From: Octopus vulgaris
Lineage: Eukaryota
Length of the DNA: 64,000 nucleotides
Direction: 5' to 3'
Assembly: GCA_951406725.2 (NCBI GenBank)
Contig: OX597831.1
Location: 69,006,001 to 69,070,000, forward strand
Below the pieces are notes generated by a model that ran no database searches, had not been told where the DNA came from, and saw nothing but the letters and a program-made list of their open reading frames with translations. Position 1 is the first letter of the stretch; every line of letters begins with the position of its first letter. Both the position numbers and the translations under genes were made by a program. This document shows, piece after piece, positions 39,870 through 52,984 of the stretch.

Positions 39870-40674
39870 TATACTTGGTTTGAATTCTTAATAATGCAGT
39901 CACAGTATTATGGATGTAAGCTTTATTTGATAGATTTTATGACTAAAAATGTCAAGAAAGAAAGAATATTTAACTGTACACTTTGTTAGTAATTCTATAT
40001 ATAATTCTATAGATAAAATATGTTAAAACTCATTTCTTAAAGTCAGGAATATACACAATCTTTTGCTGATTTAAATACACGATTAGAAGTTATATATTAG
40101 TTATACACATCGACCAACTACTGGTAAGCTGCCATTTAATTATAATAAATGTGTATCTAAGTTAAATATGGAAAGCTGAAAGTAGATTTGTCAGCAATCA
40201 TATGACAGTTGAAGTTGTTGCTACAAGTTTTTGCAACACATTTATATCATTCACTTAAACGTTACCCATGATAGAAACTTAAGAAATATTGTAGTCAAGG
40301 AAGATTAATATGTTTAAACTGAAAAACATTGTGTTGGATTCAGAGGATAGCTCTAGTGGTATGCTAAATGGTTAAAGAGCAGATACTCAGGAAGAATAAA
40401 ACCAGAAGTTAACTACTGTAATTAAAGAAAGAATTAAAAATATCTGACTTTTGAAAAAGATTCAGTCCTTGGTTAAAAGCAAAAATGTAAAGCAAGTTAG
40501 ACAATACTTAAGAGAGATTAATGAAATATATTCTGGAGTTGGCAGCTAAGGGGGCAGTAATTTTATGATTATCTTTTGTCTTTTACTTATTTTAGTCATT
40601 AGACTGTGGCCATGTTGTAGCACTGTCTTGAAGAATTTTTAGTTAAATGAATCGACCCCTGTACTAATTTTTGG

Positions 40675-42495
40675 TACAGCAGCTGCAGGAGAAATACCTA
40701 GCCAAAGATAAACTCCTATACTTGGCTTTTGTTGACTTGGAGAAAGCCTTTGACAGGGTCCCCCAATCCCTTATCTGGTTGGTGATGTTGGAAACTAGGG
40801 ATTAACAAGTGGCTAATAAGAGCTGCACAGGCACTGTACAGGGATGCTGTTTGTAAGGTAGGGGTCAGCAATGAGTATAGTGAAGAATTCCGGGTTGAAG
40901 TAGGGGCTCACCAAAGATCAGCCCTCAGCCCCCTCTTATTCCTCATAGTCCTCCAGGCAATAACAGAGGATTTCAAGACAGGTTGCCCCTGGGAGCTCCT
41001 CTAAGCTGATGACCTTGCTCTCATAGTGGAATCACTACTAGAACTAGAGAAGAAATTTTAGGTGTGGAAGCAAGGTCTAGAATTAAAGGGCTTTAGAGTC
41101 AATGTTGCAAAACCAAAGTCCTAGTAAGTAGGAAGGTGAACACATCACAAACCCCTTCAAGTAGATGGCTCTGCTTGATCTGTAGAAAAGGTGTAGGTAG
41201 AAACTCCATACGATGTAATCAGTGTAAGTTATGGATGCATAAGAGGTGCAGCAACATCAAAGGAAGATTTACCAGGAAGATAGCTTTTATGTGTGGCAGA
41301 TGCACAGGAGCAATAAACACTGCAGATGCTCAGAAAACTAATTCCATCACATGCCAGTGGGAGAAACTAGAAATAGTTGATAGCTTCCACTACCTAGGTG
41401 ACCAAGTCTATAGTGGGGGTGGATGCTCAGAGAACATTACCACTAGAATAAGAATAGCCTGAGCAAAGTTCCTCTACTGGTGACAAAGGGCTTCTCACTC
41501 AGAGTGAAAGGTAGATTTTATGATGCATGTGTTGAACCTCCATGCTACACAGTAGTGAAACATGGGCCATGACTGCTGAAGAGATGCGTAGGCTTGAGAG
41601 AAATGAAGCTAGTATGATCTACTGTATGTATAATGTCAGTGTGCACACATAACAGAGTGTAAGTGGCCTGAGAGAAAAGTTGGACATAAGAAGCATCAAA
41701 TGTGGTGTGCAAGAGAGACAACTGTGCTGGTATGGTCATGTGCTGCATATGGATGAGGAGAGCTGTGTGAGGAAATGTTACTCCCAAATAGTGGAAGGCA
41801 CCTGTGGAAGAGGGAAACCCAAGAAGACCTGGGATGAGGTGGTGAAGCATGACCTCTGAATGCTGGGCCTCACAGAAGCAATGATGAAAGACCGAGACCT
41901 CTGGAGATATGCTGTGATTGAGAAGATTTGGCAAGTAAAGTGATATCACAGTGTTGTATAACCAGCTCATTTAAAAGATAACTTTGAATCATTGGGTGAC
42001 ACACCATGCTTGAGGAGTCCTATTGAGTCAAGTAAAATCAAAATCAAAATCAAATCACAATCAATTGGAAATTGTAGTTGTGGCCAGTGCCAGTGCTGCT
42101 TAACTGGCTCCTGTGCTGGTGGCATGCAATAAGCACCATGCCTGCGTGGGTCATTGCCAGTGTCACCTGAATGGCTCTCCATGGCAGTGACATGTAAAAA
42201 GCACCATCTGAATGTGGTCGATGCCAGCCCCCTTGCCTCTACTGATTCCTGTGCCTGTAGCATGTAAAAAGCACCATCCGAATGTGGCCAATGCCAGTGT
42301 CACCTGACTGGCTCCCATGCTGGTGGAATGTAAATAGCACCCACTACATTCTCGGAGTGGTTGGCATTAGGAAGGGCATCCAGCTGCAGAAACATTGCCT
42401 GATCAGATTGGAGCTCAGTGCGGCCTCCTGGCTTGCCAGTCCCCAGTCAAACTGTCCAACCCATGCCAGCATGAAAAACGGACGTTAAACGATGA
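40675..42495 (+). mobile_element. RTE-clade LINE: RT domain, PHD finger, C-terminus and 3' UTR (5'-truncated)
   Basis: AFVDLEKAFDRVP, QRSALSPLLF, ELL*ADDLAL, C4HC3 finger, FHYLGDQ, SETWAM, WYGHVLHM; ends gttaaacgatgat. Confidence 0.95.
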
Positions 42496-42519
42496 TATAT
42501 CTGTACATCTTATTTTAAT

Positions 42520-42727
42520 CTCTTTCTACTTGTTTCAGTCATTAGACTGCAGCTATGTTGTGGCATCACCTTCAAGAATCTCCAGTTGAATGCATTGACT
42601 CCAATACATTTTTTAAAGCCTGGTACTTATTTTGTCAATGTCTTTTGCTGAGCTGCTGAGTTACAGGGACATGAACACACCAACACTGGTTATCAAGTGA
42701 TGGTGGTAGTACAAACACAGAAAGAAA

Positions 42728-42773
<46 letters not shown>

Positions 42774-42915
42774 TACATACATATACAACAAGCTTCCTTC
42801 TATCAAATCCACTCACAAGGCTTTGGTTAGCCCAAGCCTGTAGTTGAAGACACATGCCCAAAATGCCATGCAGTGGGATAGAAGCTGGAATCACACAGCC
42901 ATGTCTGCACCTACA
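42520..42915 (-). mobile_element. SINE family A, diverged
   Basis: Similarity to other copies. Confidence 0.75.
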
Positions 42916-43325
42916 TGTATATACATGTATGTATATATGCATTTATATATACGAATATATATATATATATATACATATGTATATGCATATATATATGAGC
43001 ATATACATATGTCTATCATCATCATCATCATCGTTTAATGTCTGCTTTCCATGTTGGCATATTTATTATTAATCACAGTTACATATTTATACACACGTAT
43101 ATATATATATGTAATAAATAAAATATATGCATACATACAAACATATATGTAAGTACCTACATCTACATGTATATATACATGCATAAATAAATATATATAC
43201 ATGTGTACAGAACACCACAAATAGACGTAGAACTCAACGAGAAACGAAAACGTAAAAACAGCATGGAACGGACCATTTTTCTAACAACGAGAAACAGAGT
43301 ACAAGACAAATACACAAGGAAAAAT

Positions 43326-43387
43326 CCCCTTCATCAGCTGTCTCTAGTTCAACTCCAGCGTGTTTCGAAGGTGAGGACAGAACATGT
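43326..43387 (-). ncRNA. rearranged (pseudoknotted) hammerhead-like motif in a TA-flanked module
   Basis: Minus strand acaUGU-U-CUGUC-cucac-CUUC-GAA-ACAcgc...GACAG-CUGAUGA-a-GGGG; all three stems pair. Confidence 0.65.
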
Positions 43388-44723
43388 GTCGTCAAACTAG
43401 TCTTTCTTGCGAAAGAATTAAATAAAATTCCTTTGCAGAGGGGTATATGTATATATATATACACACACACACATATAACTGGGCAGTTATATATACATAT
43501 AACTGAGTTCATAGAGTTGTGTGTAAATGATTGGTTTTTGCAAAGACAAACTTCCCCTTAATGTAATTCTTTGGTAGAGCCAACATCACAATGTGCGATG
43601 AGGCTGGACCTTTAAATAACATGGAAAACCCATCGAATGGCCTTACCATTTCTGGTTACAAAATTTCACTCTCAAAGTATGGTTCAACCTGAGACTATAA
43701 AACTATACACTTGTCCAAGATACCATGTAGTGGAATTTAAATTTGGAATTAATGAGTACAAAGTGAGCCTTTTAATGATTGAGCCAGGCAACACCTACAT
43801 GATATATACATACACATTTACATAAATCACTTTGATTTATTTCAACAATATATTACTTTATAAGAAGTAGGTCTATATACCAATTACTTTCAGAACATGT
43901 GGCTATAAGATTTTAATGAAATTTTTTCATTTGTTATGTACCACCTACTTTATCCAAATTGTAACACAAATACAGCAACATCACTCTAGTAGTTTTTCAT
44001 TCAAGAACATGTGCAAATAAACGTATACAGCATATTAGGCTGATACACGTTGGCACAGTAACAGAAGAAAAACTCAAAGCTAATCTGATTCTGTTAGTTG
44101 CAGAATAATTGTTTTTATACACCTTCTAATATATACTTTGATAAGAGATTTTTAAAAGAATCTTGTCACTCTAATCAACCTTTTCAATTTCTTCTATATA
44201 CTATATACATTTTTGTATGTTTTACTAACTAGAATCTTGTCTGGGTGATTTTATATTATATTTTATAGAGCTTATGTTGCAAATACAATGAGCTCCTTGT
44301 TTATTAATTTCTTTTGAACAATATTGCTTGATTTTATTTCAGCTTATGTAATATTTAAGCTGCTCTTTGCAGTACTGTCAAATAAGTGTTACTTTTGTAA
44401 GAAGATAACCATTGATTATTTTTCACAAACAATTAAAGAAATCGATACCTGAATAGGCAACAAAAATCAGGGAATCTTAAGTGTATTTGTATAATGTGAA
44501 AATGTTTCTGTTGTGTGACAATATTTCAAAAAAATTTTTATCATTTCTGAATGTATATTTGCTTATTTGTGAAAATATTGCAAAAAAAGTGCTTGAAAGG
44601 TAATTGCATCTATCTCAGCACACTCAGTTTGAAATGGGTACTGAGGCTAAGTAATTAATCTTCTGGTTTTTATTATAAAATTTGGATTGTGTGTGTGGGT
44701 GTGAGTGCATGTGTGTGATTATG

Positions 44724-45480
44724 TAGGCACAGGTGTGACTGTGTGGTAAGAAGCTTGCTTCTCAACCACATAGTTTTGGGTTCAGTCTCACTGTGGGGTA
44801 CTTTGGGCAAGAGTCTTCAGCTATAGCCTCAGGCTGACCAGATGGAAACTGAAACAATTCTGTCATCATCATCATCATTGTTGTTTAACGTCTGCTTTCC
44901 ATGGTGGCATGGGTTGGATGGTTTCACTGAGAACTGGCAAGCTGAGAGGCTGCACCAGACTCCAATCAGATTTGACAAGGTTTCTACAGCTGGATGCCCT
45001 TCCTAAAGCCAACTACTCTGAGAGTGTAGTGGGCACTTTTACATGCCACCAGCATGGGTGCCAGTCAGGTGGCTCTAGGCTCAGCCACAACTATGATTTC
45101 ACTCGGTTCAACAGGTCTTCACAAGCACCGCATATTGCCCAATGATTGAAAGGTGCTTTTAAATGGGCCAGTTATGCGACACTATATATGTTATATATAT
45201 ATATGTATGTATATATATATATGTACGTATGCATATATATATGTTTGTATGCCTATTTTTATGTGTGTGTGTCTTTGTGTCTGTGTTTGTCCCTCATCAC
45301 TGCTTGACAAGCACTGTTGGTGTGTTTATGTTCCCATAATTTAGCGGTTCAGCAAAAGAGATTGATGGAATAAATACCAGGCTTTAAAAATAGATATAAG
45401 TCCTGGGGTCGATGTGTTTAACTAAAAGCCTTTCAAGATGGTGCTCCAGCAGTCAAATAGCTGAAACAAGTAAAAGAGAA
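44724..45480 (+). mobile_element. SINE family A interrupted by an antisense RTE 3' end (about 44863-45150)
   Basis: SINE head, (CAT)n-led RTE UTR, then SINE microsatellite and tail. Confidence 0.8.
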
Positions 45481-45631
45481 AAGACAAAAATCTATGTACA
45501 CGTGGGGTGTTCAGGCTAAAATTGACAGTTTGCATTAAAGGACAAGAAATGGCATTATCCCATCGAAGAATAAAAGTAGTTTTAAAAAATCCAAAAACAT
45601 CAGCCTTATTATGGCTCAGAGATAAGATTAC

Positions 45632-45768
45632 TCTAAGTAGCTTCCCTCTTTTCCAATACTTAGATGGCTTCCAGTCCTCCATATCAGCTAAAATTTTCTC
45701 AATTGCAGCTTTAGTCTTCATGCTCTCCAATGCCATTAACTCTTTTTTATCAATTCATCAAGCCTTTC
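45632..45768 (-). pseudogene. exon-like segment with a 1-nt frameshift in an A6 run
   Basis: Strong acceptor ttttctcacttttacAG (45769-70); ERLDELIK, shift, KELMALESMKTKAAIEKILADMEDWKPSKYWKRGKLLR; only weak donors (45660, 45632). Confidence 0.3.
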
Positions 45769-46196
45769 CTGTAAAAGTGAGAAAACCCTATATCTGACAA
45801 AGGCACACACAAACACACACACACACACACACACAAAACACATACACATATATGACAAAGCCATGTGTATCTGCTCTGCTCAGATTACCTGATTGGTAAA
45901 ACAAGTGTCACACTAGCTTGTTTTGTTTGAGTGGTTTGAAGTAGAAAATTTTCCCCATGCACCTTTCCTATTTCCTTACAAAATATATGAAAAATAATTG
46001 AATTATGAATTAGATGAGAAAGACTGCAAACATGAGTTACTGTAGAACAGTAAGATGTTGTTGTTATTGTTGTGGTTGTTATTTACTTCCCTATTAGCCC
46101 AGGCTTATCAGACCTGTGTATAATGGTACTCTAGTTGTGGCCAACAAGTGTTATTATTAAGATATTAGCCTGTGATTTGTGGGGGATTTATTTGCT

Positions 46197-47280
46197 ATTT
46201 CTTATTTCTTTATTGCCCACAAGGGGCTACACAGAGGGGACAAACAAGGACAGACAAACGGATTAAGTCGATTATATCGACCCCAGTGCATAACTGGTAC
46301 TTATTTAATCGACCCCGAAAGGATGAAAGGCTAAGTCGACCTCAGTGGAATTTGAACTCAGAATGTAAAGGCAGAAGAAATGCCTATTTCTTTACTACCT
46401 ACAAGGGGCTAAACACAGAAGAGACAAACAAGGTCAGACAGATGGACTAAGTCGATTATATCGACCCCCAGTGTGTAACTGGTACTTAATTTATCGACCC
46501 CAAAAGGATGAAAGGCAAAGTCGACCTCGGCGGAATTTGAACTCAGAACGTAATGGCAGACAAAATACCGCTAAGCATTTCGCCCGGCATGCTAACATTT
46601 CTGCCAACTCGCCGCCTTATTTGCTATTTCTAGCAGGTTGAGGAACCTGCATCTCTACATAACACAGAACGGTCTGCATTTAAGTTAATGCATTAGAAAT
46701 AAGTTATTGGTTGTATGAGGTAAATTGACAACTTTAGTGTACAAAGTTTGAATTCAGCGAATCAGTGAATCAATGGAAATATATTAGCAACAATATTTTC
46801 TCTCAACTCTAACTGAAAATTAGACCTGTGTTCAATAATGAATATTGGTTTTAGTTTTGGCACAAGACCAGCATTTTGGGGGAAGGGGGAAGTCAATTAC
46901 ATTGACCTCCACCCCAGTGCTCAACAGGTATTTATTTTATCAACCCCAGAAGGATGAAAGGCAAAGTTGACCTTGGAAGAATTTGAATTCAAAATGTAAA
47001 GATGGATGAAATGTCTCTAAGCATTTTGCCCAGTGTGCTAACAATTCTGCCAGCTTGCTACCTTGACTGTAGTAAATGTTGGTTTCAAATTTTGGCACAA
47101 GGCCAGCAATTTCAGAGGCAGGAATAAATCAATTACATTGACATCAGTATTCAACTGACACTTATTTTATTGACCCTGAAAAGGATGAAAGACAAAGTCA
47201 ATCTCTGCAGAATTTGAACTCAGAACATAAAAAGATGGATGAAATACTGCTAAGCATTTTGCCTCTCAGTTTGCCACCTT
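46197..47280 (-). mobile_element. cluster of SINE family B copies (46197-46617 dimer, about 46840-47062, about 47080-47278)
   Basis: Repeated ggatgaaaggcaaagtcgacctcggcggaatttgaactcagaac...ttctgcca. Confidence 0.88.
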
Positions 47281-47292
47281 GACTGTAGTAAA

Positions 47293-47670
47293 TCATCATC
47301 ATCATCATCATCATCGTTTAGCATCCGCTTTCCATGCTAGCATGGGTTGGATGGTTCAACTGGGGTCTGGGAAGCCAGAAGGCTGCACCAGGCTCCAGTC
47401 TGATCTGGCAATGTTTCTACGGCTGGATGCCCTTCCCAACGCCAACCACTCCATGAGTGTAGTGGGTGCTTTTTACGTGCAACCAGCACAGGTGACAGAC
47501 AAGGCTGGCAAACGACCATGGTCGGATGGTGCTTTTTACATGCCACCGGCACGGAGGCCAGGCGAGGCTGGCAACGGCCATGATCGGATGGTTCTCTTAC
47601 GTGCCACTGGCACTGGTATCACAGCTACAATTTCCATTGATGTTGATCGATTTTGATTTTGATTTTGATT
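47293..47670 (-). mobile_element. RTE 3' end with tandem UTR units
   Basis: (CAT)n tail; near-identical to 1816-2170. Confidence 0.88.
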
Positions 47671-49089
47671 AAATGTTAATAAATATAATCAATGAAGTAA
47701 TTTATAAAAAATGTGAATGTGCTGAAGGACACATCAAATATTCTCAGTGAATGGAAATTTCCATCATAGTTGTGGAAAGGAAACAAAACCCTAATGGTAA
47801 TCATTAATGTTTTGTAATAAAAGATTTTTTTTAATCATGTTTGAGCTGTAGAATTGACAAGAAAGTATGTGTTTTAGAATTACTGGATCTCCTCAGTGTA
47901 GCAGAATGAAATTGAATCCATTTGATCAATAGAGCAGTAAGTTTTTACACATAGTACGTTGATTTTTGACCAGCAGTAAGTTGGTTAAGATTAAGCAAAA
48001 TTGAGTAGATTTAGTATTTCTACACTTACTTGATTTATTAAGAATAAATATCATAGTCTTATTTGACCTATTTACTTTAATACAATATTCAAATTTATTG
48101 TAGTTCAAAACATTCTCCTGATCCTTTTCTCTTCATGTAAACATTACTGTCAACCAAATCAAGTTGATTCATGCTCACAATATTACAGCGGTGAGGTTCA
48201 GTAAGTTCGAAACATGTCCATTACTGTCACTATTTCTGCTTACAAATGTCAGAGTTTCCTTCGAGCATGATAATTAATTCCTTGAAATTAATTTTCATCT
48301 GATAGCATTGAAATGGCAATCCTCCAGATCAAAATTTTTGTTGGCTTCTTCATTCAATACATATGATCAAAAGCACCCAGCTCACGAACTGTCTATCCTT
48401 TATTTTCTAATCATAGTGTACTTCAGATTATATTCTTCAATGTGACTATTAAAATTGTTGAAAAATTCCTTATGACATTTCCTTGTTAGAATTCGGAAAC
48501 TGAAAGATAATGATTACTGAGAATAGTAATATTTCATTTAAAATATACATGCTGTAAATATATCCTGTTATAGATATGATTTCAGTTGAACTCTTGGGAG
48601 ATAAATGAACTCAGCAAAGAGATTCAGAGAAGAAAGACTTTTGCATTATACTGCAACGGCCTGCTTGTGTTGTGCTGAACTCATTGTTGATGATTATCAA
48701 TGTTCTTTCACATTGATTACATTTTTGTCACACATTTGATGCACATATAATGAAAAATCTCACAATCTTTTACTTTTCAGGCATAATGTATTTTGAATTA
48801 TATCACGTGTACTTATCTAAACAAAATATGGATTGTATGATGCAGGTTTTTGTACAACTGCGAATAGGAATGTTTCGGCAATTGAGGGGGGAGGAGAATT
48901 AAAAGAATGAAATTTAGAAGACCTTTTGCAGAGTCAAATGAAACTTTGAAACATTGAATTACAATCCCTATTGTTGACAGACACAAATAGTTGGATTTAC
49001 TTGATCAAACAAGGTTGCAGATTTCAAAAAAGAGAAATAGTTGCGACCACATACAAGCAAACGAAATGGTCAAGATAAAAAAATTTATG

Positions 49090-49350
49090 TAAAATTGCTG
49101 AAGTGTACTGGGAAAGGCTGACAATGGACTAAAGTGTCTCTTATTTTTCTTGGGTGGGGTATTAGTGTTCTAAAAGCTGAAGGAGGAAAGTCTTGATTTA
49201 AAAAGAATTGTAATCTTCTTTTAGAATGTAGTTGAAAAAAAGGCAAGAAAAATGTTACAAACAAAATATGTGGTGTAGTATTAAAAGTTTGAAGATCTTT
49301 TGATGGGGCAGAATTGTAATATCTGTTGTTGAAAACGTGGAAATTCAAAG
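49090..49350 (-). mobile_element. possible Penelope-like fragment
   Basis: PPSAFRTLIPHPRKIRDTLVH resembles the PLE linker motif RxxNLRDxLV. Confidence 0.35.
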
Positions 49351-50047
49351 GAGTATTGTTATTAAAAAAATTACAGGTGACATTGACAATAAGACATGTC
49401 TACCATTTTAGTTCATTGTCAGTGTAGATTATTAGTTTAGAAGATTTACCTTATGAATTGCTATGAAAGAAAATTATCATAGCAGACCTCTTCAATTTAT
49501 CATCTTATACCTGATGTTCCCCAAAATAACCTTATATTTAAATATTCAAAAACTAAAAGCTGACATTTTAAGTATAATACAAAATATATCCATAAACATG
49601 TCAACCATACTTAACTCGGAGTTTGAGATAATTTTGTGCATCATGCCTTTTAATTCAGTCACTGCTGTTTAGGCTCAGTATGACAATTCTGATAGAGAAT
49701 CTAAGCTTTTATTTGTTATCATTCATTGAATATAATTATGATTGGATTTAAAACCCAACTATATAAAAAAAATCATCCATTTGGATTTGCAAAATAAAAA
49801 TTGACCCCTATATTAAGCAGTGTCACAAGCTTTAAAATTCAGGCTTACAGGGTTACTTATTGATGCATTTAGGGTTTTTATTAGAAAAGAATATTCTTTA
49901 TCAACTCAAGAAATTTTATATATTTGATTTACTTCTTTACATTATGTTTATGTGAATTGTGGTTTTCTTCACTCACTAGCATTTAAAAGTTACTTCTAAA
50001 TAAAAGTGATTTATAAATAAACAAGTATACATTTATTTAAAAGTCAT

Positions 50048-50283
50048 CTTATTTCTTTACTACCCACAAGGGGCTAAACATAGAGGGGACAAACAAGGAC
50101 AGAATAAGGGATTAAGTTGATTACATCGACTTCAGTGCATAACTGGTACTTAATTTACTGACCCCGAAAGGACGAAAGGAAAAGTCGACCTCGGCGGAAT
50201 TCGAACTCAGAATGGAACGGCAGATGAAATACTGCTAAGCATTTCGCCCGGCCATGCTAAAATTTCTGCCAGCTTGCCGCCTT
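50048..50283 (-). mobile_element. SINE family B with TSD
   Basis: Flanked by tttaaaagtcatctta on both sides (about 50036-50051 and 50285-50300). Confidence 0.9.
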
Positions 50284-50559
50284 TTTTAAAAGTCATCTTA
50301 ACAGAAGACTTCACAAAAGGGCATCAACCAAATGTTTCTCATCGATAATGGCTTCATATGTTGAATAAAGAAGTTAAGTACTTGGCACATATTAGATGAG
50401 TTTTGCTCAGTTAACTCTGTTTTGATTCTTTGAGCATCTGAGCATAAAATCTGTAATCTGATTCTCTTATAAGCGAAACAATTACCTATATAAAATATAC
50501 ACACTACACTTTCTTAAATACCAAGAGCCTTATTTTGTATTCATAAACATTTTTTTCCA

Positions 50560-50602
<43 letters not shown>

Positions 50603-52887
50603 TCATCTGTTTTTACTTAGTGCATTGAAATAATTTAATTGCTCTTAAAATTTGCTGCTAAAAATGTTTGGGAACAACTGCTCTAGACTTTCCTTGTAGA
50701 TCCTCATTGTAGATGTCCAGTGTAGACGACAGATGGGGGAAGCTTTGCAGTAACAAGGGTGAACTGCGAATGCATAAAACCCTGTGGTATTGCATTTGCG
50801 CTGAAATTATATACATTATAAATGATATAAATTAATGCAATGTTCTTTAGCTCATAGGAATGCAGTTTAAATTATTCTTTTGGTTTTAATAGGGAATCTT
50901 AGAAATGTTATCTGCAGGTAGTTTCAAACTTGAATGATTGACCATCAGCTGTGTACCTCTCTCTAAATAGACAATCGTCACTACAGACAACTCAGCAGGC
51001 TATCATCCCTGTACATTATCACTTTGAACCAACATTGCTATAGACTCTCTTTATAGCAATGACGTAGGTCATCACTCTAAGATAACATTACTGTAGACCA
51101 TCATCACTATGTAACATCATTACTATATGCCATCAACCATACTGACCAACATTTTCAAATCAGTTTCTGCCAGAGCCTTCTTTAAGAAATGTTCAGTAAG
51201 AAGCCATTGGGAGAATTGTTTGAAATAGTCCTATTTTGATTAATTAACAGCAAAATCATTTTTGGCATGTTTTTTTTATTTAATTTTATATTTGTAATTT
51301 TTATATGCAGGCATGGTCATGTGGTTAAGAAATTCAGCTCATAATAATGTAGTTTTGGGGTCAATCCTTCATTTATTTCCAGGTAAATGTAAAGTTTGTG
51401 AAAAGCTCATTGTGTGTATGAGTATGAATATTAAATGTGTGCATTTGTGTTTGTCTCTTACAATTGGTACAAATTCTGCATTGGATTGTGTGTCTGAAAA
51501 TTTGAGTTTCAGCAAAAGAAACTGACGGATTAGTTACTTGACTTAAATTAAGTACTGACATCCCTAAAATACATTTATATGGAAAATATTCAACAATTTT
51601 GATTTGCTTCTAAATTGATTATTATCTGCAGCTTGCATATTCAACAGCCTGTCTTTAACTTTGGTGAGTGTTTATCACATTCAGTTCTACTTCGGAAATA
51701 TTTAGCAAATGCAAGTTGCATGGAGAGAGATAATGGTAATTTGACAGTTTCAAACTCTATGAAACAAATTGATTGAGTAACAATTGGAACATAGTCATGG
51801 ATAATATCCTCATTATCTATCAAATAGTGAGCAGTCGGATTGTCCCACCACCATCAGCGATTTTTGGTAATTGATATAATAGGACGCATATTTGATACAT
51901 TTACTGAAACATTATAGGACTGCCTTTTCAAAATCCATGATTCTTGTCATTCCTGTTTATACTCACTGAATAATAACCGAAATAATATACACACAGGAAA
52001 TAAGCTCTGACACAGAATGTCTCTTTAAAACTAGAATACAATAATTTAAGATGACTACAATGATAATTCTTCTTCAGAGAAGTAATTATCACATTCACAA
52101 AATAGCTGGACGATAAGATTAGAAAAAGTTCTGTTGGTCACTATTCGCCAAATGAAAGGCCAACATACTGATAACTTTGTGGTTTATTTGGCTCTTTCCT
52201 GTTTGTTTCCTGTTGTTTTTAATTTCTGCTTTGGCTGGTTTTCAGATTCAAGCACTCAGTTTACAAGTCTTAAATATGTTGGTTAGTCATGGTTCCATGT
52301 GAATTAGATGTATTATAGATATTAGTTTTCACTTGATTAATGGTTGCTGTTCTATTAAGAGAGAGCACTGACCCTTTTCCAGGAAATATTAATAACCAAT
52401 TAACCAATCCTGTCCAATATTTATTTTTGCATTGAAGTTAACATGCTTGTATACATATTTACAAATACATAAGGATTTATATATAGCTTTATGTGCATAC
52501 ATTTATGTATCTATATATGTATATGCATATGTGCGTACATGCACTTGTATTTACAGGGTAAAACTTTTCTTATAACATACTTTATTGAGAATGAGAATAT
52601 ATTTGGGTTTCAATTTTTTTAATCAACGATTTTTCGTATTTCTTTATTGGTACTTTATGTTTAGTTTTGAGTAATAGCATTCTTAATTCCATCAATATTT
52701 TGAGATGCCCCATCTTCTATAGGAAGTGGTGGTGGTGACATTTTACTACCGCATTTTGTGTTAGGCAGCAAGGTATCATGGAAATGGCTATGGAAGTTAA
52801 AATTCATGATAACTATTACTTTCATATGGCTTGTATGTGTCTACGTGTGTATTGATATATTCATGTGTGTGTATGTATATAAATATA

Positions 52888-52950
<63 letters not shown>

Positions 52951-52984
52951 ATGTATGTATATACATATATATATATATGTAGTT

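Noticed and set aside
48580-49080. Possible hAT transposase relic
   Set aside because: Only vague motif resemblance; too decayed to support by eye
50298-50504. Minus-strand exon-like ORF after a ttttatatAG acceptor (similar cases at 48498, 20577 and 1070)
   Set aside because: No good donor and no homology; such sites are expected by chance in 64 kb of AT-rich DNA
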